Assembly: GCF_009914755.1 (NCBI RefSeq)
Contig: NC_060943.1
Source of the DNA: the human T2T-CHM13v2.0 reference genome, Homo sapiens
DNA: 64,000 nucleotides
Reading direction: 5' to 3' (one strand)
Below the pieces are notes generated by a model. The model was not told the DNA's origin. It worked only from the letters and a program-made list of their open reading frames with translations, and did not search any database. How positions within the stretch are numbered: position 1 is the first letter of the stretch; each line of letters opens with the position of its first letter. The position numbers were made by a program, and so were the translations under genes. This document shows positions 31,131 to 54,000 of the stretch, piece after piece.

Positions 31131-31319
31131 TAGGCAAATCTCGAACTCCTAATCAAGCAGTCCACCCGCCCTCAGCCTCCTTCATTCACTTCTGAGATGA
31201 TTCAGTTTCTGTCTCTGTTGGCAGCTGGGAAAGTTCTGAAAAAAGAATGAAGAGCAGTCCAGGCGTGGTGGCTCGCAACTGTAATCCCAGCACTTTGGGA
31301 GGCTGAGGTGGGCAGATCA

Positions 31320-32140
<821 letters not shown>

Positions 32141-33648
32141 TGAAGCAATAGATCCTCCCCCTTCGGCCTCCTAAGTAGTGGCTGGGATTACACGGGCATG
32201 CCACCACACCCAGCTAATTTTTAAAAAGTTTTTGTAAAGACGGGGGTTTTCCTGTGTTGCCCAGGCTGAACTCAAACTCTTGAGCTCAACGGATCCTCCT
32301 GCCTTGGTCTCCCAAGGAGCTGGGATTATAGGCGTGAGCCACTGTGCCTGGCCCTGGTGACCTTTTGACAGTAGCCCCGCCTTCCCCAGCGTGGGTTTTG
32401 CCCTCTGTAATGTTGCGTAGGGCTGTTGCGATCACAGAAGGTGGTGGAGTGTGAGTACTTCTGGGGTACTTGCCGGAGGCTGGGGATTTGTGGAGGTGTG
32501 TGGCTCAGTTTTATTCCAGGAAACCGTGGCCAGACGGGCCTGTCAGCACCTTCCCTTTCATCTACAGTTCCTCAATTGGGGGGGTGTGAGTTGTTTCATA
32601 AGCCCCTCCCCCTCATTTCTTGCAGGAAAGTGGTAATGCAAAGAAACTTTTATTTTATCCACATCTATATTCTTTGTAACCTTTTAAAATAAGATACTTG
32701 GCCTGGCGCCTGTAACCCCAGCATTTTGGCAGGCTGAGGCAGGCAGATCACTTGAGTTCAGGAGTTCAAGACCAGCCTGGCCAACAGGGTGAAACCCCAC
32801 CTCTACTAAAAATACAAAAATAAGCTGGGCACGGTGGCGCACGCCTGTAATCCCAGCACTTTTGGAGGCCAAGGCGGGCAGATCACCTGAGTTCGAGAGT
32901 TTGACACCAGCCTGACCAACGTGGAGAAACCCCCGTCTCTAATAAAAATACAAAGTTAGCCGGGCGTGGTGGCGCACGCCTGTGATCCCAGCTACTCGGG
33001 AGGCTGAGGCATGAGAATTGCTTGCACTCGGGAGGTGGAGGTTGCAGTGAGCCGAGAGGGTTAGGGTTAGGGTTCAGGAGGAAGGAAAAACCTAGGGTGT
33101 TTAGCCCCGGAAATCTCTCTTTTGATGTTCACTGCCTCGAGGTTCTTGCTACCTCTTGCTCCAAGTCACAGCCTGGCCCCAGCAGGTCATGCCAGAGCCC
33201 CCAGCCTGTCCTCTGCCAAGCGGTGGTCCTGGCAGCTGCTTAGACTCCCACTCCGAAGCTGGATCATCTGTAGATGGGAAGTGTTTGCATAAATGGGGCC
33301 AAGGAGTGCTCTCCAGCTCTTTGGTAAAGAAGCCTGACAGCCGCCAAGGCTTTTACTTTTATTTTCCATCCTTCACCCGGGAGGGGAAGCAAGTATCACT
33401 GTGTTCTGATTTGGCAGAGCCACCTGTCATTGCAACTTGTCACCAGGGCAACAAGTCACCATCTTAGTAAGGCAGCCAATGAGAAGCATGGGTTTCCTCT
33501 GGTGGTCGGTTTCACAGAACGGCAACAGTTTCTAGGCATCCGAGTGATACCAGAACTCTTTGTTCAAATAAGGCTTCAAGGACAGATGTATAGTGACAGA
33601 GAGGAGAACAAGCTGGTAGCAATTATGAATTTTCACAAGGAAAACTAG

Positions 33649-34024
<376 letters not shown>

Positions 34025-34519
34025 TGAGCCACCGTGCCCAGCCCAGCGATAATTTAAATTACAAGTATTTGGCCCGGCATTAGTGGTGCATGCCTGTAAT
34101 CTCTGCACTTTGGGAGGTCAAAGACCAAGGATCCTGGCAACATATGAGACCCTGTCTCTACAAAGAAGAATCAATTTTTTCAATTAACTGTGGGTGGTGG
34201 TGGGTGCCTGTAGTCCTAGCTACTCAGGAGGCTGAGGCAGGAGGATCGCTTGAGCCCAGGAGTTGGAGGATGCAGTGAGCTCTGATGGCACCACTGCACC
34301 CCGGCGTGGGAGATCGAGACAGAGTGAGACGCCATCTCTAAAAAATAATAATAAATAAAATACGTATTTGGTGGTGATGGTTACAAGATCGTGTGCAGAA
34401 TTTTAGTGTATATAAATGCCACCTTAATAAAAACTGATTTTTAGAAAATAATTCTTGGGAAAACCAAAACGTGCAGCAGGCAGGTAGACACATTTGTCAA
34501 AATGCATCAAACTCAGTAA

Positions 34520-35704
<1,185 letters not shown>

Positions 35705-36167
35705 TCAGTTTTACTGGTAGAAATCAGAGGAAGTTAAAGGATTTTATGTTTTAGAAGAGAATTAAGGGGCATATTGCCTTTTCCTGCTACTGAACCAAGA
35801 GTTTTCAAACTGGGTCCCTAGGGAACCCTAGAGGTTCCATGCCTACCCTGCTTTCTCCTCAATCTGTCATCACAGCTGCCCACTCCTTTTGTGTCGTTCA
35901 AAAGGTTTTACCCGAAGAGTTCTGAGAACAAAGGGTTTGAAAATCAGAGCTCTCAAAAAATGATTTTTCTTTTTCTTCTTTTTTTTTGAGACGGGATCTT
36001 GCTTTGTTGTCCAGGCTGGAGTGCAGTGATGCCATCATAGCTCATTGCAGTCTCAGCCTTCCTGGGCTCAAGTGATCCTCACACCCCAGCCTCCTCAGTA
36101 GCTGGGACTACCAGCATGGACCACCACACCCAGCTAATTTTTTTCCATTGATTGATTGATTGATTGA

Positions 36168-36686
<519 letters not shown>

Positions 36687-37072
36687 TGAGCTGGGACTTG
36701 AGCATGGGGAAATATCTGGACAAAAACGGACTTGAAAGTTCCTGCTAGGACCAGAAGAGACAGGGAGCCTGTGGAATTCACTTTTCCCCTCTAGATCCCC
36801 TGTCCCACAAATTTGCTTTCAGTTCCTCTAAATACACACACTCCATTCTGCCTCAGGTCCTTGGAACATGCAGTCCTCTCCCTCCACCCAGAAGGCCCTC
36901 CCTAACTGCCTCTCCTGGTTAACCCTTCTGCATCCTCCACCCTCCCTTCAAACATCTTTTCCTCCCCCCAAAATACTTTCTGGATTCCCCCATGTGGGGT
37001 TGATTTTTAGGTCAGAGGTTCTCACGGAAAAGGGTTCCTCTCCTTGGGAGATGGAAGGGTCCTTGAGGCTGA

Positions 37073-37399
<327 letters not shown>

Positions 37400-38194
37400 T
37401 GAGCCATGGCGCCCGGACTTTTTTTTTTTTTTTTGAGATGGAGTTTTGCTTTTTGTTGCCCAGGCTGGAAAGCAATGGCACAACCTTGGCTCACCACAAC
37501 CTCCGCCTCCCGGGTTCAAGCAATTCTCCTGCCTCAGCCTCCCGAGTAACTAGGATTACAGCTACCCACCTGGTGTGCCACCACGCCTGGCTAATTTTGT
37601 GTTTTTAGTAGAAAAGGGGTTTCTCCATGTTGGTCACGCTGGTCTCGAACTCCCGACCTCAGGTGATCCACCCGCCTCGGCCTCCCAAAAGGCTGGGATT
37701 ACAAGCATGAGCCACCGCGCCTGGCCCATTGCCCGGCCTTTTTATTGCTGTTCTGTTGGTGTCTGCCTTTCCCTGACTGACAAGGGCCAACTCGTCCCGG
37801 GCAAGGGCAGCATCCCTCTGCTTCTTAGTGTATGCATGGTGTTTAACACAGCATATGGAACATAATAGTTGCTCAATAAATATTGCCTGCGCTTTGAACC
37901 TGTGTGCACCGTTGCATTTACACAGGGCTTTAATACACATGCATCATGTTGATTGAAATATAAATACATAGAGAAAATTGTGCAAATGAGAGTTACAGCT
38001 GAAAACTTTTACAAAATTCCCCCCTCACTAGGGGCCTTCCTGGTATGCTTTTATCACCACTATCTCTGATTCCCCAGGACTCTTCCATCGTCATTTCCGA
38101 CAGCATAAATTAGTTTTGTTTGTATTTCATTTATTATTATTATCATTATTGTGAGACGGAGTCTCTCTCTGTTGCCCAGGCTGGAGTGCAGTAG

Positions 38195-38497
<303 letters not shown>

Positions 38498-38886
38498 TAG
38501 TAGAGATGGGGTTTCACCGTGTTAGCCAGGATGGTCTTGATCTCCTGACCTTGTGATCCGCCTGCCTTGGCCTCCCAAAGTGCTGGGATTACAGGCAGGA
38601 GCCACCGCGCCCGGCCCCCTTTTTTTTTAATAAATGGATTTGTATGGTATGTTCTTTTTGGGGTCTGGCTTCTATGCTAACATATGTTCGTGAGAATCAG
38701 CCACATGGTTGGGTGTAGCTGTAATCCATGGACAGTTGTCTCATTCTCACTCATCACCACATACCAGGGGTACAAAAAAATGTTTTCTGTAACGAGTCAG
38801 ATAGTAAACATTCTCAGCTTTGGGGGCCCTACTGTCCAACCACTCTACAGCTGCTGAGCTCTGCCATGGACATGTGATAGCAGTCA

Positions 38887-39243
<357 letters not shown>

Positions 39244-39340
39244 TCACTATGTTGCTCAGGCTGCCCTCAAACTCCTGGGCTCAAACAATCCTCCTGCTTT
39301 GGTCTCTCAAGTAGCTAGGATGACAGGTGCCTGCCACTGA

Positions 39341-39655
<315 letters not shown>

Positions 39656-40059
39656 TAAGAAAATTTTCTTTATGGACTTTTTATGAAAATTATATGAATT
39701 TGAATTTTATATGATTTCTATTTTCACTAAACATTACAAATATTTTTTGGCTAGGCACAGTGGTTCATGCCTGTAATCTCAGTGCTTTGGGAAGCTAAGG
39801 TGGCAGGATCTTTTGAGGCCAGGAGTTTGAGACCAGCCTGGGCAATAGAGTGAGACCCCACCTCTACAAAAAAATTAAAAAAATTAGTTAGGTGTGGTGA
39901 CACATGCCGTAGTCCCACCTACTCAAGAGGCTGATGAGGGGGGGATTGCTTGAGCCCAGGAGTTTGAGGCTGCAGTGAGCTATGATTGCACCATTGCACT
40001 CCAGCGTGGAAAACAGAGCCAGACTGTGTCTTTTTTAAAAAAAAAACAACTTTTTTTTC

Positions 40060-42484
<2,425 letters not shown>

Positions 42485-42650
42485 TCAGCTACTGGGGAGT
42501 CCAAGGTGGGAGGATTACTTGAAGCCAGGAGTCTGACACTAGCTTGGGCAACATAGCAAGACCCCGTCTCAAAAAAAAAAAAAAAAAGGCTGGGCACGGT
42601 GGTTCACGCCTGTAATCCCAGCACTTTGGGAGGCCAAGGCGGGCAGATCA

Positions 42651-42914
<264 letters not shown>

Positions 42915-43142
42915 TTATATGTATTTTACCACAAAAAGGCCCGTTGTATTGGAAACAAAGAACAAATAAAAATGTAATAACCATTCCAAGCTCATGGGTG
43001 GTCCAAGAAGAAACATGAGCTGGACCTTGGCCCATGAGCAATGGCTTTCCAACTTCTGTTGCAGGTGATGCCATTGATGGAATAAACCATGATTTTTCTT
43101 TCTTCTTTTTGAGATGGAGTCTTGCTATGGTGCCCAAGCTAG

Positions 43143-43400
<258 letters not shown>

Positions 43401-43739
43401 TAAACCATGATTTTATTTACCAGTTCTATTGCTCATGGGCATTTGGGTATGAATGTGGTATGTCATTCTCACCCAGAGACATAATTATTATTACTATTTT
43501 AGAGAAGTGGTCTTGCTCTGTTGCCCAGACTGGAGTGCAGTGCTGTGATCATAAGTCACTGTAGCTTCGAACTCCCGGGCTCAAGCAATTCTCTCACGTC
43601 AGCCTCCTTAGTAGCTGGGACTACAAGTGCTTGTCCGCACCATGCCTAGCAAGAGGCATTAATTTTGTCATGTTTGCATCAGCCACCCTTGCATGCAAAA
43701 CTCTGCTTGTCTACCTGTTCCTCAGACCACAGCCCCTGG

Positions 43740-44001
43740 CATTATCCCTGGGGCACCACCTCCTGACCAGTCTCTGGACATGAAGACGGAGGCCCTGTTG
43801 GAAGTGGGAAGGCTCCCTTCCTCCTCCAGCCCTTACTGTCTGCTCAGGGGCTTCCTCTTGGCCCCGGATGTGGGACCGGAGGGTTGGGGGCCCAGGGACT
43901 TATTAGCCAAGCCAGGAAGCCCCACCCCAAGAGGCCTCAAAGAAAGAGCTGCGGTGCAGGAATTCGTGTGCCGGATTTGGTTAGCTGAGCCCACCGAGAG
44001 G
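43740..44001 (+). promoter_or_regulatory. RETN: RETN proximal promoter and non-coding exon 1 (~43966-44001)
   Basis: Donor G|GTAAGT at 44001/44002. PU.1/ETS-like CTTCCTCTT (~43851) and CAGGAAG (~43913). Position -420 from the ATG (43787) is C in GAAGACGGAG. Confidence 0.8.
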
Positions 44002-44206
44002 GTAAGTGACAGCTGCTCCTGCGCTTGCCATGGCACCAGCGGGGAGGCTGGGGTCAAGGCTGAGCCTCCATCCCTGTCCCCCACATGGGGGGACAGGGGT
44101 CCAGGTCCAGGGGCAGATCCTACTCCCTCCATGGGCCGGATCTTCCCCACAGGGCAGGGCTGATCCAGCTGTGGGTCTCTTGGTTCCCTCTTTCAGCGCC
44201 TGCAGG

Positions 44207-45229
44207 ATGAAAGCTCTCTGTCTCCTCCTCCTCCCTGTCCTGGGGCTGTTGGTGTCTAGCAAGACCCTGTGCTCCATGGAAGAAGCCATCAATGAGAGGA
44301 TCCAGGAGGTCGCCGGCTCCCTAAGTGAGGACCCCCCACTTGGGCAAGCTCCCCAAGGGTCTCAGAGACCTCACTGATCCCTGGCACAGACCTGACTCCA
44401 ACCCAGCCCCAGCGCTCACCAAATCTCATCCTCAAATCCAACCAGATCATAAATTCAACCCCAACTCCACTCCCAACCCCTCCGACTGTCCCCACCTTAT
44501 CCACGGCTCCAAACCCAATCCCCGCTCTCACTCCAAACCTTCCCTTACTCCAAAACACCCAACTCAAGACAGGGTCCTGGAGGCCAGTGAGCTCCTATGC
44601 CCACAGGGACCTAGCTCCAAACCAACAGGGCTAGGGGAGGATGGGGGAGGGACCGTTTGGTCTCACAGCTCCCCCTGTCTCCTTTCCTCCTGCCCCCCAG
44701 TATTTAGGGCAATAAGCAGCATTGGCCTGGAGTGCCAGAGCGTCACCTCCAGGGGGGACCTGGCTACTTGCCCCCGAGGTGAGTGCAGGAGACTGTTGTC
44801 CAGGCGCCCATTTCTGTTCCAAGTCCCCTGGGAATGCCCCCTCCCCGCCACGTTCCCCGTGTCCAGCCTCTACTCCCCTAGGATCTTGGTCCTGACTCCC
44901 AGCCTTCTCCGCCCACCATCTGGACACTGGTGTCCACCCTCACTCCCTGCCTCCAGTGCCCATTCAGTGGTTGGAGCCTCCAGCCGTCCCCGTCCCCACC
45001 CCCGCCCCCCCAACCCCCCTCCGCGCTCCCCACCCCCCTCCCGCTCCCACCCTCAGCCTCCCAGCTCAGAGTCCACGCTCCTCTGTTCCGGGCTGCAGGC
45101 TTCGCCGTCACCGGCTGCACTTGTGGCTCCGCCTGTGGCTCGTGGGATGTGCGCGCCGAGACCACATGTCACTGCCAGTGCGCGGGCATGGACTGGACCG
45201 GAGCGCGCTGCTGTCGTGTGCAGCCCTGA
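44207..45229 (+). CDS. RETN: Resistin precursor, 108 aa secreted cysteine-rich protein
   Basis: Coding exons 44207-44324, 44701-44778, 45099-45229 (327 nt). Translation [108 protein letters not shown]. Confidence 0.99.
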
Positions 45230-45300
45230 GGTCGCGCGCAGCGCGTGCACAGCGCGGGCGGAGGCGGCTCCAGGTCCGGAGGGGTTGCGGGGGAGCTGGA

Positions 45301-45334
45301 AATAAACCTGGAGATGATGATGATGATGATGATG
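45301..45334 (+). terminator. RETN poly(A) signal followed by (ATG)7 microsatellite
   Basis: AATAAA 45301-45306; ATG x7 at 45314-45334. Confidence 0.9.
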
Positions 45335-45974
45335 GAGCGGATCTGAGCCCTGCGTGGTTTCTTTAGTAGGCCCGGAGGGACTGATCTAGCGTCTCCAAGA
45401 GAGTGGGGCGCGTAGCTGCTGGAGGGGGCGGGGACACCGCGACTTTCTACTGCCCCATCGCCCTTCCTCCTATGGGGTCTCCAACTGCTTCCTCCGAAAA
45501 TAGGGCCTGAACTTCCTCTAGTGACGTCCCCACCCAAGGCTCATGGCTGCCTTCAAGAGGTGACGTCTCATCTTTGAGGCTACCTTGACGCTCACCCTGG
45601 GGTCTCCGACCTCCCCAGGAAGTGGCTGGGTCCTTTTCCCCCAGTCCTCATAATGAGGCTTCATCGAGGACCTGGGTCAGTCTGGGCAGTGGACGGGACC
45701 CTCCAGGGCCCCAAGACTCCAGGAGCCCCAGGTCAGGGTGGAACCCTGAATCATGTCTCAGCCCAGAGCTGGAACCTGTACCCCTCACTTCCTACCTGCA
45801 AGGAGGAATCCCCAAGGCACAGGCAAAGTTGGGTTACGGAGAGTCAGGGACGCCTACCTGACGTCACGCATCATCACAAGCTCACGTTTTCACACAGGCA
45901 AGTGCAGTTGTGAGTAGTTAGTTACAACCAGATACACGCAGGGTGCTTACCCCTTCCTGGATACTAGATTATGA

Positions 45975-46725
<751 letters not shown>

Positions 46726-47098
46726 TAGAGCATGGAACACAGTAGACGTTCAGTAAATGTCTGTTGATCAGTAGCCACATGTGCACTTTGATACAGCACC
46801 GACGTGCACATACTGCACATGCACACACAGCTATACACAGCCACGTGCACACACAGAGTACACAACCCACCTACCACGGCCACATGGAGACACCACATCC
46901 ACAGACACACCCATGTGCCCCTAGACACTCTTGGACACAGAAAGGCACCACCCCCCCGGCCAATGCACGGAGAATCGCAGATTTGACTATGGTGGGCAGA
47001 GATGATGCAGGACACAAACACACACATGCTCCAGGCAGACTCTTGCATTTCTGACTCTAGTCCCCACTGCACCTGGATAAGTATCTGATACCCTAGTG

Positions 47099-47607
47099 CA
47101 GCGATCCCCAACCTTTTTGGCACCAGAGACTGTTTTCATGGAAGACAGTTGGTGTGTGTATGGGGTAGGGGGGGAGCGGGGATGGTTTCTGGGTGATTCA
47201 AGCGCATTACATTTATTATTCACTTTATTTTTATTATTATGACATTGTAATATAGAATAAAATAATTCTACAACTCACCATAATGTGGAATCGGTGGGAG
47301 CCCTGAGCTTGTGTTCCTGCAACTAGATGGTCCCAGCTGAGGGTGATGGGAGACAGCGACAGATTACCAGGCATTTGATTCTTATAAGAAGTGAGAAAGC
47401 TACATCCCTCAAATGCGCAGTTCACGATGGGATTCTTGCTCCTATGAGAATCTAATGCTGCTGCTGGTCTGACAGGAGGTGGAGCTCAGGTGGTAATGCG
47501 AATGATGGGGAGTGGCTGTAAATACAGATGAAGCTTCTCTCGCTCGCCCACCACTCACCTCCTGCTGTGAGGCCCCGTTCCCAATGCCCGGTGGCTGGGG
47601 ACCCCTG
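47099..47607. mobile_element. MER1A-like hAT-Charlie DNA transposon, apparently full length
   Basis: Termini CAGCGATCCCCAACC...GGCTGGGGACCCCTG, flanked by a degenerate 8-bp TSD CCCTAGTG / TTCTAGTG. Confidence 0.85.
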
Positions 47608-48724
47608 TTCTAGTGGGCAAAAGCCTCAGCATCCCCCGCCTCAGCTCCCTGGGGCACAAATTCAGGTGATTCGGGGTCCAGTTCTACAGGAAGCCTGACC
47701 CAGGAGTCTTGCCATCCAGTCCCTGATTTCCCACCACAGACTTCAGAATTCCTAGCACCTAGTCTTGAAAGGGATCCCAGACTCAAATGTCACACCTGGA
47801 CAACAGATGATAGAGTGAGGTTCTGGTTTGCAGGATGTTTTGGACTCTCCTCCCACTGCCACCCACCCCCTGTGATGGTCCCAGCCCCCTGTCTGATGCT
47901 GGTGGCCATGAGCAGAGATTACAACCACTTCTGGTGCCAGGGACCCCACCCAGACTCCAGCCCAGGGATTCCCTTCCCAGACCCTCTCTCCTGACTCCAC
48001 AGTGGTCATGGGGGTAGGGCAGGACCACTGAGTTAGAAGCATGGCCAGGGCCAGAGAGGGTGAGTCTAGTGCCTTGTGTGTGTCCCTGCCCCTTACTGCT
48101 GTGTGTGTGTGTTGGGGGCGGGGATGCTCCATTGTCCCCAGAACTATTTGTCTCCACCCCCATCCAATAGTCCTGTATCTGAAACCTAAGAGGGCTCTCT
48201 TCAGGTTCCTCAATTCCAACATAGACATTCTCCTGCCCCAGAGTGCAGACTTGGAGGTCATATCTGCCCAGGTGATGTGGACAGGCAAACCCCCTATTAG
48301 AGCCTCAATTTCCTCAATAGCTAATGCCTAGATCCCCTGTGGTAGGCAAGATATCCTCCTCCCTCCTCCCTCCTCCCTCCCTCCTTCCTCCTCCTCATCC
48401 TTCTCCTCCTCCTCCTTCTTCTTCTTCCTTTTTGAGATGGAGTCTCACTCTGTTGTCCAGGCTGGAGTGCAGTGGCACGATCTCAGCTCACTGCAACCTC
48501 CACCTCCAGGTTCAAGTGATTCTCCTGCTTCAGCCTCCTGAGTAGTTGGGATTGCAGGCGCCCACCACCACTCCTGGCTAATTTTTGTATTTTTAGTAGA
48601 CACGGGGATTTCGCCATTTTGGCCAGGCTGGTCTCAAATTCCTGACCTTAAGTGATTCACCTGCCTCGGCCTTCCAAAGTGCTGGGATTACAGGCGTGGG
48701 CCACAGAGACCAGCCAAGGCAAGA

Positions 48725-49200
48725 TTCTTCTGCTTGCAAGTACAACAGACCCCACTTCAAACTAGCTTGGGCAAAACTAAAAGGAAGTTTCTTGTTTGTG
48801 TAACTGACAAGCCCAGGGTTAGAACAACAGGTTCAGGTATGGCTTGGAACCAGGGTCTCAAATGATGTCTCCAGGACCCAGACTTCCTCTCGGGTCTGAT
48901 TTTCTCAGCACTGCCTTTGCTCTCAAGTAAATTCTTCCCTGTCACAGCTCCCATTACATCCTCCCATTGTGGCAGCCCTAGTGAGGGCTGGAAAAAAAAG
49001 AGAATGCTTTTTCCCCCGTGGTTAAACCAATAAAAATCCCAGACCAGCGTTTCATTGGCTGGATCTTGCTCAAATGCCCGCCTCTCTGCCCAATCTTAGA
49101 CTCTGGTTGGCTGGGTCTGGATCATTTGTCCACTGTAAACCAATCCCTAGCTTATGGTTTGCTGGACCTAGCACACATTTTCTTTCTTAAAAGAAAATTG
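48725..49200. mobile_element. LTR33-like (ERVL) fragment
   Basis: TGCAAGTACAACAGACCCCACTTCAAACTAGCTT...GGGTCTCAAATGATGTC resembles the LTR33 consensus as I recall it. Confidence 0.55.
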
Positions 49201-49665
49201 AGAATGTTACCCTATGAAAGGGACGGGTGCTGGTCAGGCAGCTTTGCAGATGTTTCCCACATGACATGATTGCTTGTGGGCCTCTGGTTTAGCGTGACCT
49301 TTTTCTCAAAGGAAGTCCAGAGCCTGGAGCCGCGTCTCAGCCCCACCCAAGCCCGGGAAATGTGCAACGCTGTGGCTCCACCCCCTGTGCCTGTCCATCA
49401 AGGCAGAGCCCACATCCAATTGGTCCGTCTGCTCCATTAGAAGGCGGTCCTATAGCTCAGTAACTGACTTCTTTCTAAGACCAAATGGAGCAGCTGGCAT
49501 GAAGTCATTATCAAATTGATCTTTCTTGGAGACACAGGATTTGGCAATATTTTAGGAAACAGAACTTTATCCTCACCAGATCTCGACGCTCATTTCTCAA
49601 CATTCAAGTTGTCTGAAATTTAACCACATATTTTTAACCAAAACATCATCACTTTCTGCACATAA

Positions 49666-51352
<1,687 letters not shown>

Positions 51353-51967
51353 CCTCCAGGGTTGTATAAAAGCAGGGGATTTGGGGAGGGAGGGAAGGAT
51401 GTGGGTCTGTCCTCAGTCCCAGATGTGGGTGTGGCGTTCCAGTGGTTAGTTCCCGTTGCCTCACATCTGTGCTTTTCCTCCACGGGGACTTGTAGAAGTA
51501 GAAGAACTTCTTGGGGGTGGAGCTGAGGGGTGGAGCTGAGGCTGGAGGGAGGAAGGTGTGGGGGGACCCAGGGGTCCTGTCTCCAAGCCTGGTTGCTCTT
51601 ACGCGAAAAGTTGGGACACTGAGGTGTCACAGCTTCTCTTTTGAAATGGAGAGGAGGTAGGAGGGTGAGGTCCATCCAGGTAGACACAGACACACACAGA
51701 GACCACAGCTTCCTGTAACATTTCCGAGTGTCGAATTCCATCTCCCGGTCTAGAGGTTTTTCTTCTTGGTCCTTCCTGAGACCTCTTGGCTCCCAAGAGC
51801 CTCTTGATCGGGGCAGGAATGAGGGTGCCCCAGGGTGCGAGAGTCGTAGATCCCTGAAAAGAGGAGGCTGCTCCCCCTCTTTCTTCCCCCCACCTCCAGA
51901 TTTCCTCATCTGCCCACACCTTCCGGTGGGCGGGGACGTGTATGGACAAATTTGCGGGCTGGGGACC

Positions 51968-54000
51968 ATGGAAGTGGAGGAAATCTACAAGCACCAGGAA
52001 GTCAAGATGCAAGCACCAGCCTTCAGGGACAAGAAACAGGGGGTCTCAGCCAAGAATCAAGGTTAGGGAACTCGAGGTGGAAGGGAGGGGTTAAGAAGGA
52101 GAGATTGGGGGGCCGGGGGCTTTTGCTCATGTCTGTAATCCTAGCACTTTGGGAGGCTGAGGCGGGAGGATTGCGTGAGCCCTGGAGGTGGAGACTGGCC
52201 TGGGCAACATAGGGAGACTCTGTCTGTAAAAAATAAAAATAAAAAAAGAAGGAGAGTTCAGATGGGAGAGGTAAGGGGTCAAAGGTGGGGGCCGGGGGCT
52301 CCTTCCCCTCCAAGATGTGTGGATGTGTGTGTGGATGTGTGTGTAGTGTGATCACTCAAACTCTCACACACCCGCTCCACTTAACCAAAAAGCAGATTTT
52401 AGCTTCTCACTCCTTATCTTTCACCCCCTACAATTTATTGAGTGCAAAGGGTTGGGTAAAACAAGATCCCGGATCCACTCTCCACACCACAGAGCTCTGA
52501 GCAGATCTCCAACCCCTCCCAGGTGCCCATGACCCAGACTATGAGAATATCACCTTGGCCTTCAAAAATCAGGACCATGCAAAGGGTGGTCATTCACGAC
52601 CCACGAGCCAAGGTGAGCAGACACCCACCTGCTCACATCCCATCACCTTGGGAAGGGGCAGGTGGGCGGGCAACTGCAGGGCCCCCGGGGCTGCGTGGAA
52701 GGGAGGAAGCGATGGGGAAGGAAGAGGTGACAGCTGTTGACGTGCTAATGAGGTCTGTTGATGATGACAATGTTGGGGAATGCTGGAGAGGGGGTCTGTG
52801 ACGGTGACGGTGTTAGATCGCTGAGGGTGGCTGGTGGTGGCAGTGTTGTTGACGATGATGACAAGCTGCATGACCACAGCTGCTGATGGTTTTGAGAGGA
52901 GCGAGGTGTCCATGGTGTTAGAGACAGTGAGGATGGTTTGAGTGGTGGTGCTGGCCCCTCAAGGTCACTTTGCTGCCTCTTTGCTCCAGTCCCAGCCCAG
53001 TGCAGGCCGCCCTCAGACTCCACCCAGGTCCCCTGCTGGTTGTACAGAGCCATCCTGAGCCTGTACATCCTCCTGGCCCTGGCCTTTGTCCTCTGCATCA
53101 TCCTGTCAGCCTTCATCATGGTGAAGAGTGAGTACTTCTTGGGAGGAGGGTGCTGGGGGGCCTAGACTTTCTCCCTTGTCCTTCTCTCTCTCTCTCCCTG
53201 GGTGCTTCAAGGATTTTCCTGCCCCTCCTGAACAGATGCTGAGATGTCCAAGGAGCTGCTGGGCTTTAAAAGGGAGCTTTGGAATGGTGAGCGGAGGGTC
53301 TGAGGGAGACCCGTGGGGTCATGGTGGGGGTCTGGAGAGGGATGGATGCACAGACACCCCTGTTTCATGCCCTCAGTCTCAAACTCCGTACAAGCATGCG
53401 AAGAGAGACAGAAGAGAGGCTGGGATTCCGTTCAGCAGAGCATCACCATGGTCAGGAGCAAGATTGATAGATTAGAGACGACATTAGCAGGTGCCTGTGT
53501 AGTCTCGCCTTCTATGGGGGTTATTTGTCACCAATGCCCGGAGCTGAGCTGGGGGCAGGGGATTCAGGGGAGGAGAAAGCCGGGGTCCTACCCTCCCAAA
53601 GCTCAAGTTGTGGAAGGGCGATGGGTGTTACCATCTGGGTTGCTCTGTGGGTATTGAAAGGCTCCTGGGAACCCCAAATCCATGGGCTCTGCTGTACCCC
53701 AGGGTGGGTGTGGGGCAGGGGGGGTGCTTCCAAGGAAGGTGGGGGCTTTGTTTGAGGCTCCACCGCAGCTTGACTTATCTGTTCCCACCCAACCCTCCCC
53801 GCCCCCTAGGCATAAAAAACATTGACACAAAGGTACAGAAAATCTTGGAGGTGCTGCAGAAAATGCCACGTAAGTTGGCGCCCCGACAGGAGGTGGAGGA
53901 GGGTGGGTGGGGCTTCAGATTTAGCCCCAGCTCCTCTCCCAGGGGCGGGATCTGCCTCACTGTGGGTCTCTCCCCATCCCCAGAGTCCTCACCTCAATAA
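51968..54000 (+). CDS. MCEMP1: Mast cell-expressed membrane protein 1 (C19orf59), type II single-pass protein, 187 aa
   Basis: Exons 51968-52061, 52523-52612, 52990-53127, 53236-53286, 53377-53490, 53810-53869, 53984-54000 (564 nt). Translation [25 protein letters not shown]...DPDYENITL...[25 protein letters not shown] (TM)...[15 protein letters not shown]. Confidence 0.97.

Noticed and set aside
44325-45305. 326-aa ORF across RETN introns 2-3
   Set aside because: A C-rich, stop-poor intronic frame with a non-ATG start at the splice donor; only the exon 3 part is genuine coding sequence.
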